Position numbers and translations under genes: made by a program. From Candidatus Latescibacterota bacterium (lineage in GTDB: Bacteria > Latescibacterota > UBA2968), in assembly GCA_965198115.1 (NCBI GenBank), contig OZ240241.1, positions 7,904,001 through 7,968,000 on the forward strand: DNA of 64,000 nt. Direction: 5' to 3'. Of this stretch, positions 1 to 10,352 are shown piece by piece. How positions within the stretch are numbered: the first letter of the stretch is position 1; every line of letters begins with the position of its first letter. The notes beneath the pieces were generated by a model that was not told where the DNA came from, did no database searches, and saw only the letters and a program-made list of their open reading frames with translations.

Positions 1-2074
1 CCTCCGCCAGTGTAGTCCCGCCGTGCTCCAACTCCACAGCGTCGACATCCGCACCGTTTTCGATGAGAACCCTCGCCGTCTCGACTTTCCCGGCCCGCGC
101 GCAACTGTGCAGGAACGTCTTGCCGATCCAGTTGGGCCGATTCACGTCCAGGCCGTGATCGATCAGCTTCTGCGTCTGTTCGGGAGGCGGGACATTTCCG
201 CCGTAGATGCTCGACGGAGCGATCTCTTTCAGTCGGTCGCCAAAAATTTCGATGAAGAGATCGAATATCTCCGGATCCTCGTGACCCAGGATCTCGTGTG
301 TGAATACGAGTTCACTACCCGACGGCCCATCCGATTTCGTCTGGGCAATCAGTTCTCTCTTCTGAGCCCGCAATCCTTCCTTGATCTCATCAGCCGTCAT
401 GTTCCAGACCGGCATGAACGCGCCGTGCTCACGCAGAAGGTTCTGCATAGGCTCACACGAATCGGGATATTTGGCTTCGACGATCGTAATGCAGGACCCG
501 CTGGAATCGGAGCTCTGGTTCGGGTCCGCCCCGGCGTTCAACAGCAGCTGGGCAATTTCGATATGATTCCCTTCAGACGCCGCGAACAGAGCGTGACCCT
601 GAGGAGCCAGATCTTCAGGCAGATTGGGATCTGCCCCGCGTTCAAGAAGCACCTTTACGGCTGACAGCCGCCCGTGCTTCGCTGCATAAAACAAGGGACT
701 CTGGTTGTGAGCATTCAGCCTGTTGGCGATCGAGGGATCTTCCTCGAGCATCGACTCGATGCGTTCGACATCACCCAGCGCGCAAGCCGTACAGAAGTCG
801 TACGTGGCGCCCCTCGCCAGAAGGTACCCACTAACGATCCAGGGGTTCCTTATTGCGTCCCCGGACAGGTCGCGCCTCCACCGATATCCGTAAGACCCGT
901 TGAATGACAGGAGTAACGGGGTCTGCCCGTCGGCGCGACGCGCATCGATATCCGCACCTGATTCAAGAAAAACGTCAATCAGAGCCAGTTGCCGGGTGAG
1001 TGCAGCCCAGTGGATCGATCCGTTTCCCAATGCATCCGAAGCAAACACGAGGTGGGGATCGCTCGCCACGATCGATGAGACCCTATTTGCGTCGCGACCC
1101 TTGATCGCGTCTCCCAAACGTTCGAAATCCGGATCATAACCGAAGCGTTCAGTCATTGCCGCTTCAAGAAGTCCCTTCACCGCCCCCTGGCCCCGTTCCT
1201 CGGCAACACGCAGCATCTTGTCCCACGAGTCGTACAGGAACCGGGACTGTCCAGGATCCGCCCCGTGCTCCAGCAGCAACTGGACCACGTCCGCGTGCCC
1301 TTCCCGCACCGCCATATGAATCGGAAACTGATACCAGTGCTGTGCATTGACGAGCCGTGGATCCTGATTGAGCAGTGCCTTCACTCGGACGATGTCCCCG
1401 GCCGCACTCGCACAGAACAGGGCCCAGGCATCACGCCCGTCGAGCGCCTCGACTCCGTAAACGTAATGATCCGTGGCCATCGACTTCGGCTGCGTCAGTT
1501 GATGAACTCGGTCTTCGAAATCCTTATTCCTGGAAGGTCTTTCGCCGTCGAATCTCTCTTCCGCCATCGCCACAATCCCTTCCTTCATTCGCTTCCGTGC
1601 CCCCCGCAACCGGTTGTTGACGGTCGTCACAGTCAGGCCCAGGAAGCGCGCAATGTCATCGTGTGAGTGGTGCCCGAAGTAGAACATCGTCGCCGCGATC
1701 CGTTCCTCCTCGGGCAAGGCCGCCAGGACACGAATCACCTCATCGTTCCGCTCGTCCATCTCGACCGTCAACGTGGGGGAGCCCACGACAGCATCGATGT
1801 TGACGTCGTGTCGATCCCGTCGTGTAAACCGTGTCGACCGCGTAAACACGAGGCGACGCATCCATCCCGCGAACGCAGCGGGCTCGCGCAACCTCGGCAT
1901 CTCCAGCCAGGCCGACACGAAAGCTTCCTGGGCCGCATCCTCGGCCAGATGGAAATCCCCGATTACCGAGAAGGCATATCCCACTGCCATATCCTGGAAT
2001 CGTCGAACAAGGTCGTTAAACGCGTCCCGATCCCCCGTCTGCGCTCGCACGACGACCTGCTCGAGTGGAACCAC
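1..2074 (-). CDS. ECF-type RNA polymerase sigma factor fused to ankyrin repeats (runs off the left edge; absent from ORF track)
   Basis: Manual translation from GTG 2074: sigma region 2 (GDRDAFNDLVRRFQ...AEDAAQEAF), region 4 (LPEEERIA...IARFLGLTVTTVNNRLRGAR), then ankyrin repeats (PIHMAVREGHADVVQLLLEHGADP; SPLFYAAKHGRLSAVKVLLERGADPN). Confidence 0.9.
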   Translation of the reverse strand, partial: MVPLEQVVVRAQTGDRDAFNDLVRRFQDMAVGYAFSVIGDFHLAEDAAQEAFVSAWLEMPRLREPAAFAGWMRRLVFTRSTRFTRRDRHDVNIDAVVGSPTLTVEMDERNDEVIRVLAALPEEERIAATMFYFGHHSHDDIARFLGLTVTTVNNRLRGARKRMKEGIVAMAEERFDGERPSRNKDFEDRVHQLTQPKSMATDHYVYGVEALDGRDAWALFCASAAGDIVRVKALLNQDPRLVNAQHWYQFPIHMAVREGHADVVQLLLEHGADPGQSRFLYDSWDKMLRVAEERGQGAVKGLLEAAMTERFGYDPDFERLGDAIKGRDANRVSSIVASDPHLVFASDALGNGSIHWAALTRQLALIDVFLESGADIDARRADGQTPLLLSFNGSYGYRWRRDLSGDAIRNPWIVSGYLLARGATYDFCTACALGDVERIESMLEEDPSIANRLNAHNQSPLFYAAKHGRLSAVKVLLERGADPNLPEDLAPQGHALFAASEGNHIEIAQLLLNAGADPNQSSDSSGSCITIVEAKYPDSCEPMQNLLREHGAFMPVWNMTADEIKEGLRAQKRELIAQTKSDGPSGSELVFTHEILGHEDPEIFDLFIEIFGDRLKEIAPSSIYGGNVPPPEQTQKLIDHGLDVNRPNWIGKTFLHSCARAGKVETARVLIENGADVDAVELEHGGTTLAE

Positions 2075-2156
2075 GACTCGTCCCTTCTATCGAACAATCA
2101 TTCCGGAAGCCTTCCAATGGTAAGGCACCACGACGCGACGACCATTGATAAAAAAA

Positions 2157-2343
2157 GGCTCTATCCGGGTTTCTCAACGGTGAAACTATAGAATGACAAG
2201 GTCATAGATCGTTCCCTACGCTTGGTTGTGTGTGTAGGACAATCAAAGCGAAGGGGGTGCGACCTATGACCGGGAGCAGATTACTATCGAAACTGCTGAG
2301 ATTCAAGGGGTTCCGTGTTGTCAGCTGGTGGTTTGAGGGGAGA
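2157..2343 (+). mobile_element. ISL3-family left-end fragment
   Basis: Matches the first 187 bp of the ISL3 copy at 57077 (GGCTCTATCCGGGTTTCTCAACG...GAGGGGAGA), then stops abruptly. Confidence 0.95.
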
Positions 2344-2831
2344 CCACAAAACATTCCTTCACTCCGATCGAACATCGTGCCACAAGTTTGAAGCCAACCA
2401 GTTCCGACTCTTTCTACACAGTGCTGCATACGCCTTGCTTCACGCACTCCGATCACAGGGACTCAAGGGCACCGCGTGGACCAAACCTCAGGTCAACACG
2501 ATACAGAACCGTTTCCTCAAAATCGGCGCGAGAGTCATTGAAAGCGCACGAAGAATCCGATTCCATTTTCCAACATCGTATCCACTCAAAAACGTCTTGG
2601 TGTCAATCATCACCAGGCTCGAAACGAACACGCAGTAACAACGCCGATCTATACCGGGGACAGCTATGTACACGTCGCAAAACAACACCTGTTCCGGACG
2701 AAAATCGTGACTCTTGCGACTCGTAGAGACCGCTTACGGGACCTTGGACATCCGAAGAAGCCGAGAACAAATCCTGTGCGTGATCACATCACTCCAAAAC
2801 AACCTAAACTCAAATTCATGCATGATTCAGG
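2344..2831 (+). mobile_element. IS1380-family 3' remnant (transposase C-terminus and right end)
   Basis: HKTFLHSDRTSCHKFEANQFRLFLHSAAY is the typical IS1380 transposase C-terminal motif. Stop at 2638; the end TCATGCATGATTCAGG resembles an IS1380 inverted repeat. Confidence 0.8.
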
Positions 2832-3147
2832 CTAGGGGTGTCATCGTCTTCTGCGGCTGTTTCTGCTTGATGGCGGTGCGCACCTTGTCGACGCGACGGA
2901 CACTTGCCTCTTCGCCTGTCTCGTGTGGCCACAGCCGGATGAAAAGGTAGAAGGCCACGGCCATCGACAGGACGCCCGAAAACGCCACCACCAAGACCTG
3001 AAGCCGAAACATCACTCCGAACGTCAGCACCACGCATCCGCCGATCGCAACCAACAGGCTCGAAATACTGAGAATTCGATAGATCCGGCCCCGGACCTCC
3101 GTCTCCCTCAATCCTCGGTAGAAAAATGTGAATGTCTTGGTAATCAT
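2827..3147 (-). CDS. small two-TM membrane protein, possibly truncated at the C-terminus by the IS1380 end
   Basis: Two hydrophobic segments; the stop codon lies inside the putative IS end. Confidence 0.5.
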   Translation of the reverse strand: MITKTFTFFYRGLRETEVRGRIYRILSISSLLVAIGGCVVLTFGVMFRLQVLVVAFSGVLSMAVAFYLFIRLWPHETGEEASVRRVDKVRTAIKQKQPQKTMTPLA

Positions 3148-3303
3148 AGAAGCGTTGGAGAAGCGCGTGGGCCGTTTTCCGTTGTCCGCAGTTCGAACAC
3201 ACGGTGCATCCTAAAATTCAACAAGGTGCCGGTGTCCTTCCTCGATGCCCCGGGGTCTTGGTCTTCCCGGCCACCGGCTCACGGCCCACGGTCAACGGCT
3301 CTC

Positions 3304-5262
3304 TCAATCTCCCCAGAATAAATTATGGCCCTCGTCCGGAAACCAGACCAGATCGACACCCATGCTGACCATAAGCGCTGACGTGTATCCGACGATCAAT
3401 CCGATAAAAAACGGGATACACCTACGATACAGCGAAATGCCACCCACGCGAAGGATGATCAGCTTGGTCACCCACGTCAAGAAGACGGAAACAATGGCCG
3501 TTCGTGTGGAATAGCGGGTCACCAGCGTGTAACCGACCGGATGCAGCGGCCACCACGCGAACCGGTATTGACAGAACGTCATGCCCCCCACGACCAGGGC
3601 CCCGATCGCGGTGAAAACCATCCTGGGAACGTAGTGCCCTTCCCTGCCCATCCCTCGAATGGAAGTCACGATACCGTTGTAGTAGCTGAGTGAGGCCGTT
3701 CGGAAAACGTAGGACCCGAAATTGAACGCGCCATCCCGATAGCCCAAATAGACGGTGGACACCGCAGCCACCACGAACGAGAGCAACATGGTCGCGACGA
3801 TGGTACCACCAAGCAGCCTCGCACGAGGGAGCGTCCGACACAAGCGCGTGACGTGGGCGGCGCTCGGCATTGCGAACGCCTTGCCATTCTGGTAACAGCT
3901 CCCAAGAAGCTGCCGCATCGCGATCGAGCCCGGCGCCAGAGCCTGCGATGGGGCCAGGTTCAGGATGTTCACGCCCAGAGCCGGTGATTCTGCAAAAACT
4001 AGGCCTGTCATGCTAATGACCTTGGCGAACCCTATGTAGAAAATAAACCAGAACGCGACCACGGCGAACGAGATGATCGGGTGCATCCCGCCTTTCGTCA
4101 GCCAGAGAATCATGTAGATGGCAGAGGCCACGAATAAGTAGGCCGCAGTTCGATATCGCATCAACTCCTGGCTGTCGTCGAGCAGGTCTCGGTTTCTGAA
4201 AGCCTGGGCAAAGACTTTCCTGAGATGGTCCCTTGCCGTCCAGAGTCCCCAAACGCAGAACACGATGAATCCACCCATGGCTTGTTCCCGCGTACCTCCC
4301 AGCGCACCCAACCCTTCGGCGATGCCGATGCGGTTGATCATACCCATCTGCACCCAAGTGAACACCCAGAAGAACCAGATCGAAAACAGCATCTGAAGGT
4401 CGGTGAAGTATGCAAACGCGATGATGAGGAAATTCAGGCGGCCGTGAAGCGAGGGCACGTATCGCCCTAGATCGACGCTCTCATTTTCGATCCCCAGCGT
4501 GATGACCGGAAAATCTGGCCGAAAGTACCCCACGATGTAGAATAAGACGATGAAGGCCGGAATAGAAAACCCGATCCAGAATAACCGGCCTTTGACGTAT
4601 GCCGGGAATCCACGGGGGCCGGCAGTCGCCGCCAGTTCCTCCGCCACCTGCGCGAACGGGAACGGCAGCCGTTCCTGGTCTACCCACTGTCTTCGAATCA
4701 TCGACCCGAACGCCACGCACCCCGTCCCCACCGCGCCCAGGAAGGAAAGCCACCAGAAAGTGGGGCGCAGCCAGATGCTCCAGGGCAGGGAGGCGTTGCT
4801 CGGCAGGCCTTCATAAAACCACGCGAGTTGCTGGTTCGCATCCTCGACCACCAACCACGGCGGTACGACGTTGAACGCGTATTCCGCCCAGAGATTCTCG
4901 GGACTGGCCATGTAGTGCATGACGGCGAACGTCGCCACCACCCGGCCCAGAAGTTCATTGATATGGATACAAGAGTAGGAAACAGCAAAAACGGCGATCA
5001 GTTCCCACGGCCGCAATCCCTGGCCCAGACCAACTTTTTTCAGCAATGGATTGACGACGAACACCAGCAGGAGGAAAGGCATGAGCACCCCCATGGGGAT
5101 CATGCCTCGTACAAGTGAAATGGTCCGGACAACGTGTTGGGTGTAGGGGATGACCGCGTTCATACCGACGGTCAAGGCGGAGGCGATCAGTAGGGTCCTG
5201 AAGCCTGATCCTTCCTCGAAATCGGTCCCTGGGAGGGATGCTGTAAGGGCTCGTTCGGCCAA
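3304..5262 (-). CDS. DUF6785/DUF6784-type polytopic membrane protein (putative transporter)
   Basis: 652 aa with many TM segments; motifs RRQWVDQERLPFP, WWPLHPVGY, PFFIGLIVG. Confidence 0.8.
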   Translation of the reverse strand: MAERALTASLPGTDFEEGSGFRTLLIASALTVGMNAVIPYTQHVVRTISLVRGMIPMGVLMPFLLLVFVVNPLLKKVGLGQGLRPWELIAVFAVSYSCIHINELLGRVVATFAVMHYMASPENLWAEYAFNVVPPWLVVEDANQQLAWFYEGLPSNASLPWSIWLRPTFWWLSFLGAVGTGCVAFGSMIRRQWVDQERLPFPFAQVAEELAATAGPRGFPAYVKGRLFWIGFSIPAFIVLFYIVGYFRPDFPVITLGIENESVDLGRYVPSLHGRLNFLIIAFAYFTDLQMLFSIWFFWVFTWVQMGMINRIGIAEGLGALGGTREQAMGGFIVFCVWGLWTARDHLRKVFAQAFRNRDLLDDSQELMRYRTAAYLFVASAIYMILWLTKGGMHPIISFAVVAFWFIFYIGFAKVISMTGLVFAESPALGVNILNLAPSQALAPGSIAMRQLLGSCYQNGKAFAMPSAAHVTRLCRTLPRARLLGGTIVATMLLSFVVAAVSTVYLGYRDGAFNFGSYVFRTASLSYYNGIVTSIRGMGREGHYVPRMVFTAIGALVVGGMTFCQYRFAWWPLHPVGYTLVTRYSTRTAIVSVFLTWVTKLIILRVGGISLYRRCIPFFIGLIVGYTSALMVSMGVDLVWFPDEGHNLFWGD

Positions 5263-5331
5263 TCAAGCGCCTTCACGTACGGTTGTGACGATGATGTTCT
5301 GGCTTTCCTGACAACTGACGACTGGTTCCCG

Positions 5332-5358
5332 GAGCCTGTCTCGAGCGAAGGCGAGAGG
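5332..5358. repeat. REP-like short element
   Basis: GAGCCTGTCTCGAGCGAAGGCGAGAGG resembles GAGCCTGCCCTGAGCGGAGTCGAAGGG at 16237-16263. Confidence 0.5.
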
Positions 5359-5425
5359 AAGGCCGCGGGCCGTAGCAGGGAACCCTGACAACTTCATTGG
5401 CCGGCTGCCAGGCCGGCCAATGCCA

Positions 5426-5441
5426 TGGTACGAGGCTTGCA
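5426..5441 (+). promoter_or_regulatory. sigma-54 -24/-12 promoter
   Basis: TGGTACGAGGCTTGCA: GG-N10-GC, one mismatch to TGGCACGNNNNTTGCW. Confidence 0.7.
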
Positions 5442-5561
5442 AAAGATGGTGGACAGACCCGTGGACACGGTAGAAAAGACGCGTGGGAAGCTGGAAAAGG
5501 GCCGACAGCCGGCTCGGCTCACGTGGGTCTACCGGAAAAACATCCCACCCAGGAGGAAGAA

Positions 5562-5744
5562 ATGTCCCCGGAAGCCATCCAGAGCCTCATTGAACTGTTC
5601 GGTGTCGAAAAGGGCGTCAAGATTCTGAATCTCTTCACCACGCAGAACGAAACAGAACCCGCTCCACTTCCGCATCGCCCGCGACCTATCCGGGCGCGTC
5701 GCCGTCGACTCCCCTCGGTCGAAAAAGAAACGATCAACGTCTGA
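5562..5744 (+). CDS. small protein (60 aa), homologous to 10352-10555
   Basis: AGGAGG SD before the ATG; MSPEAIQSLIELFGVEKGVKILNLF..., Arg/Pro-rich tail. Confidence 0.7.
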   Translation: MSPEAIQSLIELFGVEKGVKILNLFTTQNETEPAPLPHRPRPIRARRRRLPSVEKETINV

Positions 5745-6683
5745 TCACGCGTCGATGAATCCGGGCACGCTGAAATAGCGATCGCCCGAATCGCAGATGA
5801 TCGTGGCGACACGTTTGTTCGGGCCCAGTCTCCGTGCAATGGTCAACGCGACGAACACGTTCGCTCCGGCCGAAATCCCCGCGAGGATCCCCTCCTCCCG
5901 CGATAGGCGGCGTGCCATCGCGATCGCATCCTCGTCCTTTACGGTAACGATCTCGCTGTAGATCTCCTGATCGAGTACGGGCGGCACGAACCCTGCCCCG
6001 ATGCCCTGGATGCGGTGAACACCCTGACGCTCGCCGGACAACACGGCCGATCGCTCGGGTTCCACGGCCACGATCAGCACGTCCGGGTTTGCCTGTTTCA
6101 GAACCCGACCGACACCCGAGATCGTCCCCCCCGTTCCCACGCCGGCTACGAAGGCGTCGAGCCGTCCCTCGCAATCCTCCAATAGTTCCGGCCCTGTCGT
6201 CGTTGCGTGAATCTCCGGATTCGCCGGGTTGTTGAACTGCTGCGGCATGTACGTGTCTTCTGGGTTCGCGATCACGATTTGATTCGCCTTCGCGACCGCC
6301 CCGGTCATGTCGTCTTCTCCGGGCGTCAGCACGATTTCGGCACCGAAACTAACGAGTAGGTGCCGCCGTTCCCGACTCATCGTCTCCGGCATCGTCAGAA
6401 TCAGGCGATACCCTCTTGCCGCCGCCGCAACGGCCAACCCAATGCCAGTGTTCCCGCTCGTCGGTTCGACGATTGTCATCCCGGGGCTGAGCACACCACG
6501 TCGCTCTGCGTCGTCGATCATCGCGGCAGCAATGCGGTCTTTCACCGTATGTGCGGGGTTCATCTGTTCGAGCTTGACGATCACCTCGGCGTCCCCCGCG
6601 GTCACCACGTGGGACAGCCGGACGACTGGCGTCGAGCCGATCAAGGCGAGGATGTCATCAGTGACCTGATTCGGCGTGGCCAC
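5745..6683 (-). CDS. cysK: cysteine synthase A
   Basis: NPAHTVKDRIA (PLP Lys), EPTSGNTGIG, GVGTGGT, HRIQGIGAG. Confidence 0.95.
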   Translation of the reverse strand: MATPNQVTDDILALIGSTPVVRLSHVVTAGDAEVIVKLEQMNPAHTVKDRIAAAMIDDAERRGVLSPGMTIVEPTSGNTGIGLAVAAAARGYRLILTMPETMSRERRHLLVSFGAEIVLTPGEDDMTGAVAKANQIVIANPEDTYMPQQFNNPANPEIHATTTGPELLEDCEGRLDAFVAGVGTGGTISGVGRVLKQANPDVLIVAVEPERSAVLSGERQGVHRIQGIGAGFVPPVLDQEIYSEIVTVKDEDAIAMARRLSREEGILAGISAGANVFVALTIARRLGPNKRVATIICDSGDRYFSVPGFIDA

Positions 6684-6686
6684 GTC

Positions 6687-7160
6687 TCAGTCCTTCTGCG
6701 ACATCTGAGCAAGGGGCGCCGTTTCGCTGGCCCCATTCACCCGGGCGATGGCCTCACGGCCAAGTACGCGAATGTCCTCGTGAATCGCCGAATCGCCCAG
6801 ATCGTCGTGATCGCACCATCTGAATCCTTCGGCTTCGTGATCGCTCACCGATAGCGCGCCTCCGACCACACGAGCAAAGTAAATCAGGTCGATGTGTTGA
6901 TGATCCGGCGTGATATTTTCTAACAGGATGCACTCCGGGCGACCCAGGACTTCTACGTCGCCCAACGGCATCCGAGGGGATAGCAACCGAACTTCGAGCC
7001 CGGTCTCCTCCAGAACTTCGCGGCAGGCGGCTTCATCGGGCAGTTCGTTTGGGTCGATATGCCCACCCGGTGGAAACCACGCCCCGATCTTCCGATGGAA
7101 AAGCAGGAGAGTCCGTCCGTCCTGGACGATAAAAGTAGTGGCGGTAAAGTCGCGGGTCAT
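6687..7160 (-). CDS. NUDIX hydrolase
   Basis: Nudix box GGHIDPNELPDEAACREVLEETGL. Confidence 0.9.
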   Translation of the reverse strand: MTRDFTATTFIVQDGRTLLLFHRKIGAWFPPGGHIDPNELPDEAACREVLEETGLEVRLLSPRMPLGDVEVLGRPECILLENITPDHQHIDLIYFARVVGGALSVSDHEAEGFRWCDHDDLGDSAIHEDIRVLGREAIARVNGASETAPLAQMSQKD

Positions 7161-8397
7161 GGGCTGGCGGCGGCGTGTTGAAATCCGCTCGGAATATATG
7201 CCCGGCAAAGGGCCCCATCAACCCCTAAGCCCTGAATTTGGGGCACCATACGTTCGTGGGCGCCTTCTTGACGGAGCGGCGAACCGGCAATATCCTAGAT
7301 GTATAGGACCAACGATCAAGAGCCCGACATGATTGCCAATCTCTTCACAAAAAGAGCTCATCGTCGAGCCGTTTCCTCGCAGGCCCAGGGCCTGGAGCGG
7401 CTGCAGACCTTTCGCGTCGACTCGGCGAACTGCACCCTTCTCACCACCGCCGAGGGAAACGAGGTCAACGAAGACATCGGCCAGGTGTCGTTGTTCCAGT
7501 CCCGAGGTCAGCCGCTGATCGAAGACCAGTCCGTTTTTCTGACCACGCCGGACGGCCTCAAAGCCGAGGATCGGGATCGTTTCAAAGGACACGGTGAGAC
7601 GATCAGGTTGTGGTTCCTTCACGACCGGATCCCCAGGGTCGTGGACGTCGTCGTCGAGGAACGCATTCAAATCAAGGCGGGGAGCCATCCCGAACTCAGA
7701 CCCCGCTCGGGGGCCGGGTTCCGTGTCCGCTTGGCGACCGACGTCACCAAACAGGACAACCGGAACTCGCTTCGATTTTCGCATCGCCCCGGCGGTGGTT
7801 CTCTCCCGGTCTACTCGCAGATCATGTTCGACGTCTTCGTGACCCGAACCAACGTCGAGTTACCCACGGAGGGCGCGATTCCCCCGTGGATCGAAGATGT
7901 AAATATCCTCCCCCACACGACCCCCGATCCGGCCGACACCACGTCCTTCGAACCCGAAGACCTGGTCAGCCGGTTCAAGGACGGCATGCGGGTCAACCCG
8001 GTCGAGGATCGCACGGTTCACGTCAGCAAACCCTACCTGGACGAGCGATTCAACCGCGGGCTCCTCCTCGAGCTCGGTTACTCTGGCGTATTGGGGCTTC
8101 GAAGCGATGAAGTGGGTCGTACGCTACACATCAAGAAGCCCATCCTGTCCCGGACCAAGGATCGAAGGGATCCCCATCATCTGACGCTCGGGGACCTGCT
8201 CATTCTTCACTACGGCTCGCGGGCCCCTCTATCCGGGAAATACGACTACTGCCAACTGGTTACAGAGATCGTGAAAGACGGGCTGGAAAACATCACGATC
8301 AAGCCTGTGGCAACGGAGGCGATCGAAGGTGGAATGAGGCTGGGACTGATTGACTTCAGCGTGAATGGCTTTCGATTCGAGGCTACGCCCGATTTTG

Positions 8398-9785
8398 GGT
8401 GTTGTGCCTATCGTAGTTGAAACTTAGAGGGCTCCAAACTTACGTTGGGTAGACGTGTAGGAGCGTATACCCGTAAGAAAGGAGCCCAGATGGAGAAGCT
8501 ATTTGCAGGCGATGGTGAAGTCAAGGTTGAGGGCGATGTCATCGATTTGGAGACGCGTTTGTCGGTGATCCAGGCGTTGATCCCGTTGGGTCTGGAGGCA
8601 GTGGCAGACCTCCTCCAGCAGGAGGTCGAGCAGCTCGCAGGCGTTCGGTATGCGCGCAAAGGTTCGGAGCAGGCGCATCGTCGGTGGGGAAGCCAGAAGG
8701 GATCCGTGTATCTGATGGACCAGAAGCTCCCGTTAGACGTTCCCCGGGTGCGCGACGTCGAGGCCGACGCAGAGGTTTCCCTGGCTGCATACCGGGCTCT
8801 ACAGACGCCCAAGAAGACGGACGAGGGGCTGTTGCTTCGTGTTCTCAAGGGGATCTCGTGCCGCAACTACAAGGCCTGTGCCGAATCGGTTCCAGAAGCG
8901 TTTGGTATCTCAGCGTCCTCCGTCTCGCGGCGGTTCATCAAAGCCACCGCGAAGAAGCGGAAGCAGTTCCAGGAGCGTCCCCTCGACGACTACGGCTTCG
9001 TGACCCTGTTCATTGACGGAAAGAGCTTTGCCGACGAAGAGATCGTGATCGCTCCGGGGGTCACGATGGACGGCCAGAAGATCCCCCTGGGCTTCGTCGA
9101 ATCGGCGACGGAGAACGAACGGATCTGCCGCCAGCTGATCCAGGACCTCATCCGGAGAGGCCTGTGCTACGACCAGGGCCTTCTCGTTGTGCTTGACGGC
9201 TCAAAGGGACTCCGCAGTGCTGTCACCAAAGCCCTCAAAGGGTATGTGCGCGTGCATCGCTGTCAGTGGCACAAGCGCGAGAATGTCGTCAGCTATCTCC
9301 CGGAGAGGGAACGTCCAAGAGTTCGACGGAAGCTCCAGAAAGCCTATGACTGCGACACCTACGAGGAGGCAAAGGCCGCACTCGAATCACTTAAACCCGA
9401 ACTGAAGCTGATGAATCAGTCTGCCGTAACGAGCCTCGAGGAAGGCCTGGAGGAAACCCTGACCCTCCACCGGCTGGGTATGCTCCCATTCCTGAAACGA
9501 AGCTTCCGAACCACCAACTGCATCGAAGCCCTCAACAGCAGGACCGGCGAGCTCACTCGGAAGGTCAGACGCTGGAACAACTCTCCCCAGAGACACAGAT
9601 GGGTGGCTGCCGCACTCCTCGACATCGAACCTCGCCTGCGACGCGTGAGCGGATACAAACATCTTCCCCTACTCAGGCAAGCACTGAACAAAGATCTGAA
9701 TCTCGACAACGAACAGAATGCTCAAAAGAGAGCCTGACCAAACTACGGGGCCCGATGAGTTTTCAACTGACTATGGGACTTGACC
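8398..9785 (+). mobile_element. IS256-family element with 8-bp TSD CGATTTTG
   Basis: Imperfect IRs (GGT...AGTTGAAA at both ends); CGATTTTG at 8390-8397 and 9786-9793. Confidence 0.92.
8490..9737 (+). CDS. IS256 (mutator-type) transposase
   Basis: FIDG, VLDGSKGL, HRCQWHK, TTNCIE motifs. Confidence 0.93.
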   Translation: MEKLFAGDGEVKVEGDVIDLETRLSVIQALIPLGLEAVADLLQQEVEQLAGVRYARKGSEQAHRRWGSQKGSVYLMDQKLPLDVPRVRDVEADAEVSLAAYRALQTPKKTDEGLLLRVLKGISCRNYKACAESVPEAFGISASSVSRRFIKATAKKRKQFQERPLDDYGFVTLFIDGKSFADEEIVIAPGVTMDGQKIPLGFVESATENERICRQLIQDLIRRGLCYDQGLLVVLDGSKGLRSAVTKALKGYVRVHRCQWHKRENVVSYLPERERPRVRRKLQKAYDCDTYEEAKAALESLKPELKLMNQSAVTSLEEGLEETLTLHRLGMLPFLKRSFRTTNCIEALNSRTGELTRKVRRWNNSPQRHRWVAAALLDIEPRLRRVSGYKHLPLLRQALNKDLNLDNEQNAQKRA

Positions 9786-10321
9786 CGATTTTGTCCGCTA
9801 TGGAGCTCCCGAAGCAACGAACCATCCGGTCGCCGAACAGCTCGAGGCACTGCAGACGCACCTGTTGCTGTTCGCATTCTACCCCCGGCTGCGATTCTCG
9901 CGAGAAATCGAACCGTATCGACCCATCCTGCCCAAACGCATCAGCGTACTTGGGCAAATCGTCCGAAGTGAAATCGATTGGGAGGATGGGGAACAGAAAC
10001 GAGGGCGATTCAGAAACTTCGGCGTCAAGCTTATGTACGATCCCGTCGAATACGCACAGGACGAATTCCGACATAGTCGGTGGGAAATGATCCGCCCGTT
10101 CAAGGAAAACCGGCATTTCAAGGAAGTGCACAAAGCGCTCAACGGGCTCATCGCGTTTCTCGAAAGCCACGCCAAAGAAGACAAGGATTGACACAGACGA
10201 CAGATACAGAGGACAGAACACCGACCAATCGATGTTGCGCTATAGTTGCGATGGTGGGGCCGCCTCGGTTCTTGTCACTGGTCAATGGTCACCTGTCGCT
10301 GGTCAGTCCCTACCGGCATAC

Positions 10322-10352
10322 AAAAGAGGGGCGCGACAATCGCGCCCCTCTT
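10322..10352. terminator. intrinsic terminator, probably bidirectional
   Basis: AAAAGAGGGGCGCGA-CAA-TCGCGCCCCTCTT between convergent genes. Confidence 0.75.

Larger units (their letters stand above)
7329..10191 (+). pseudogene. PilZ-like protein interrupted by IS256
   Basis: RNSLR (RxxxR) and DFSVNG (DxSxxG). Removing the IS plus one TSD restores the frame: ...ATPDF|VRYGAPE...LLFAFYPR. Confidence 0.7.

Noticed and set aside
23-2191. Plus-strand ORFs in the track
   Set aside because: They are antisense shadows of the minus-strand sigma-ankyrin gene.
5332-5340. GAGCCTGTC matching the IS1182 inverted repeat
   Set aside because: Only 9 bp with no partner end; better explained as part of the REP-like element.
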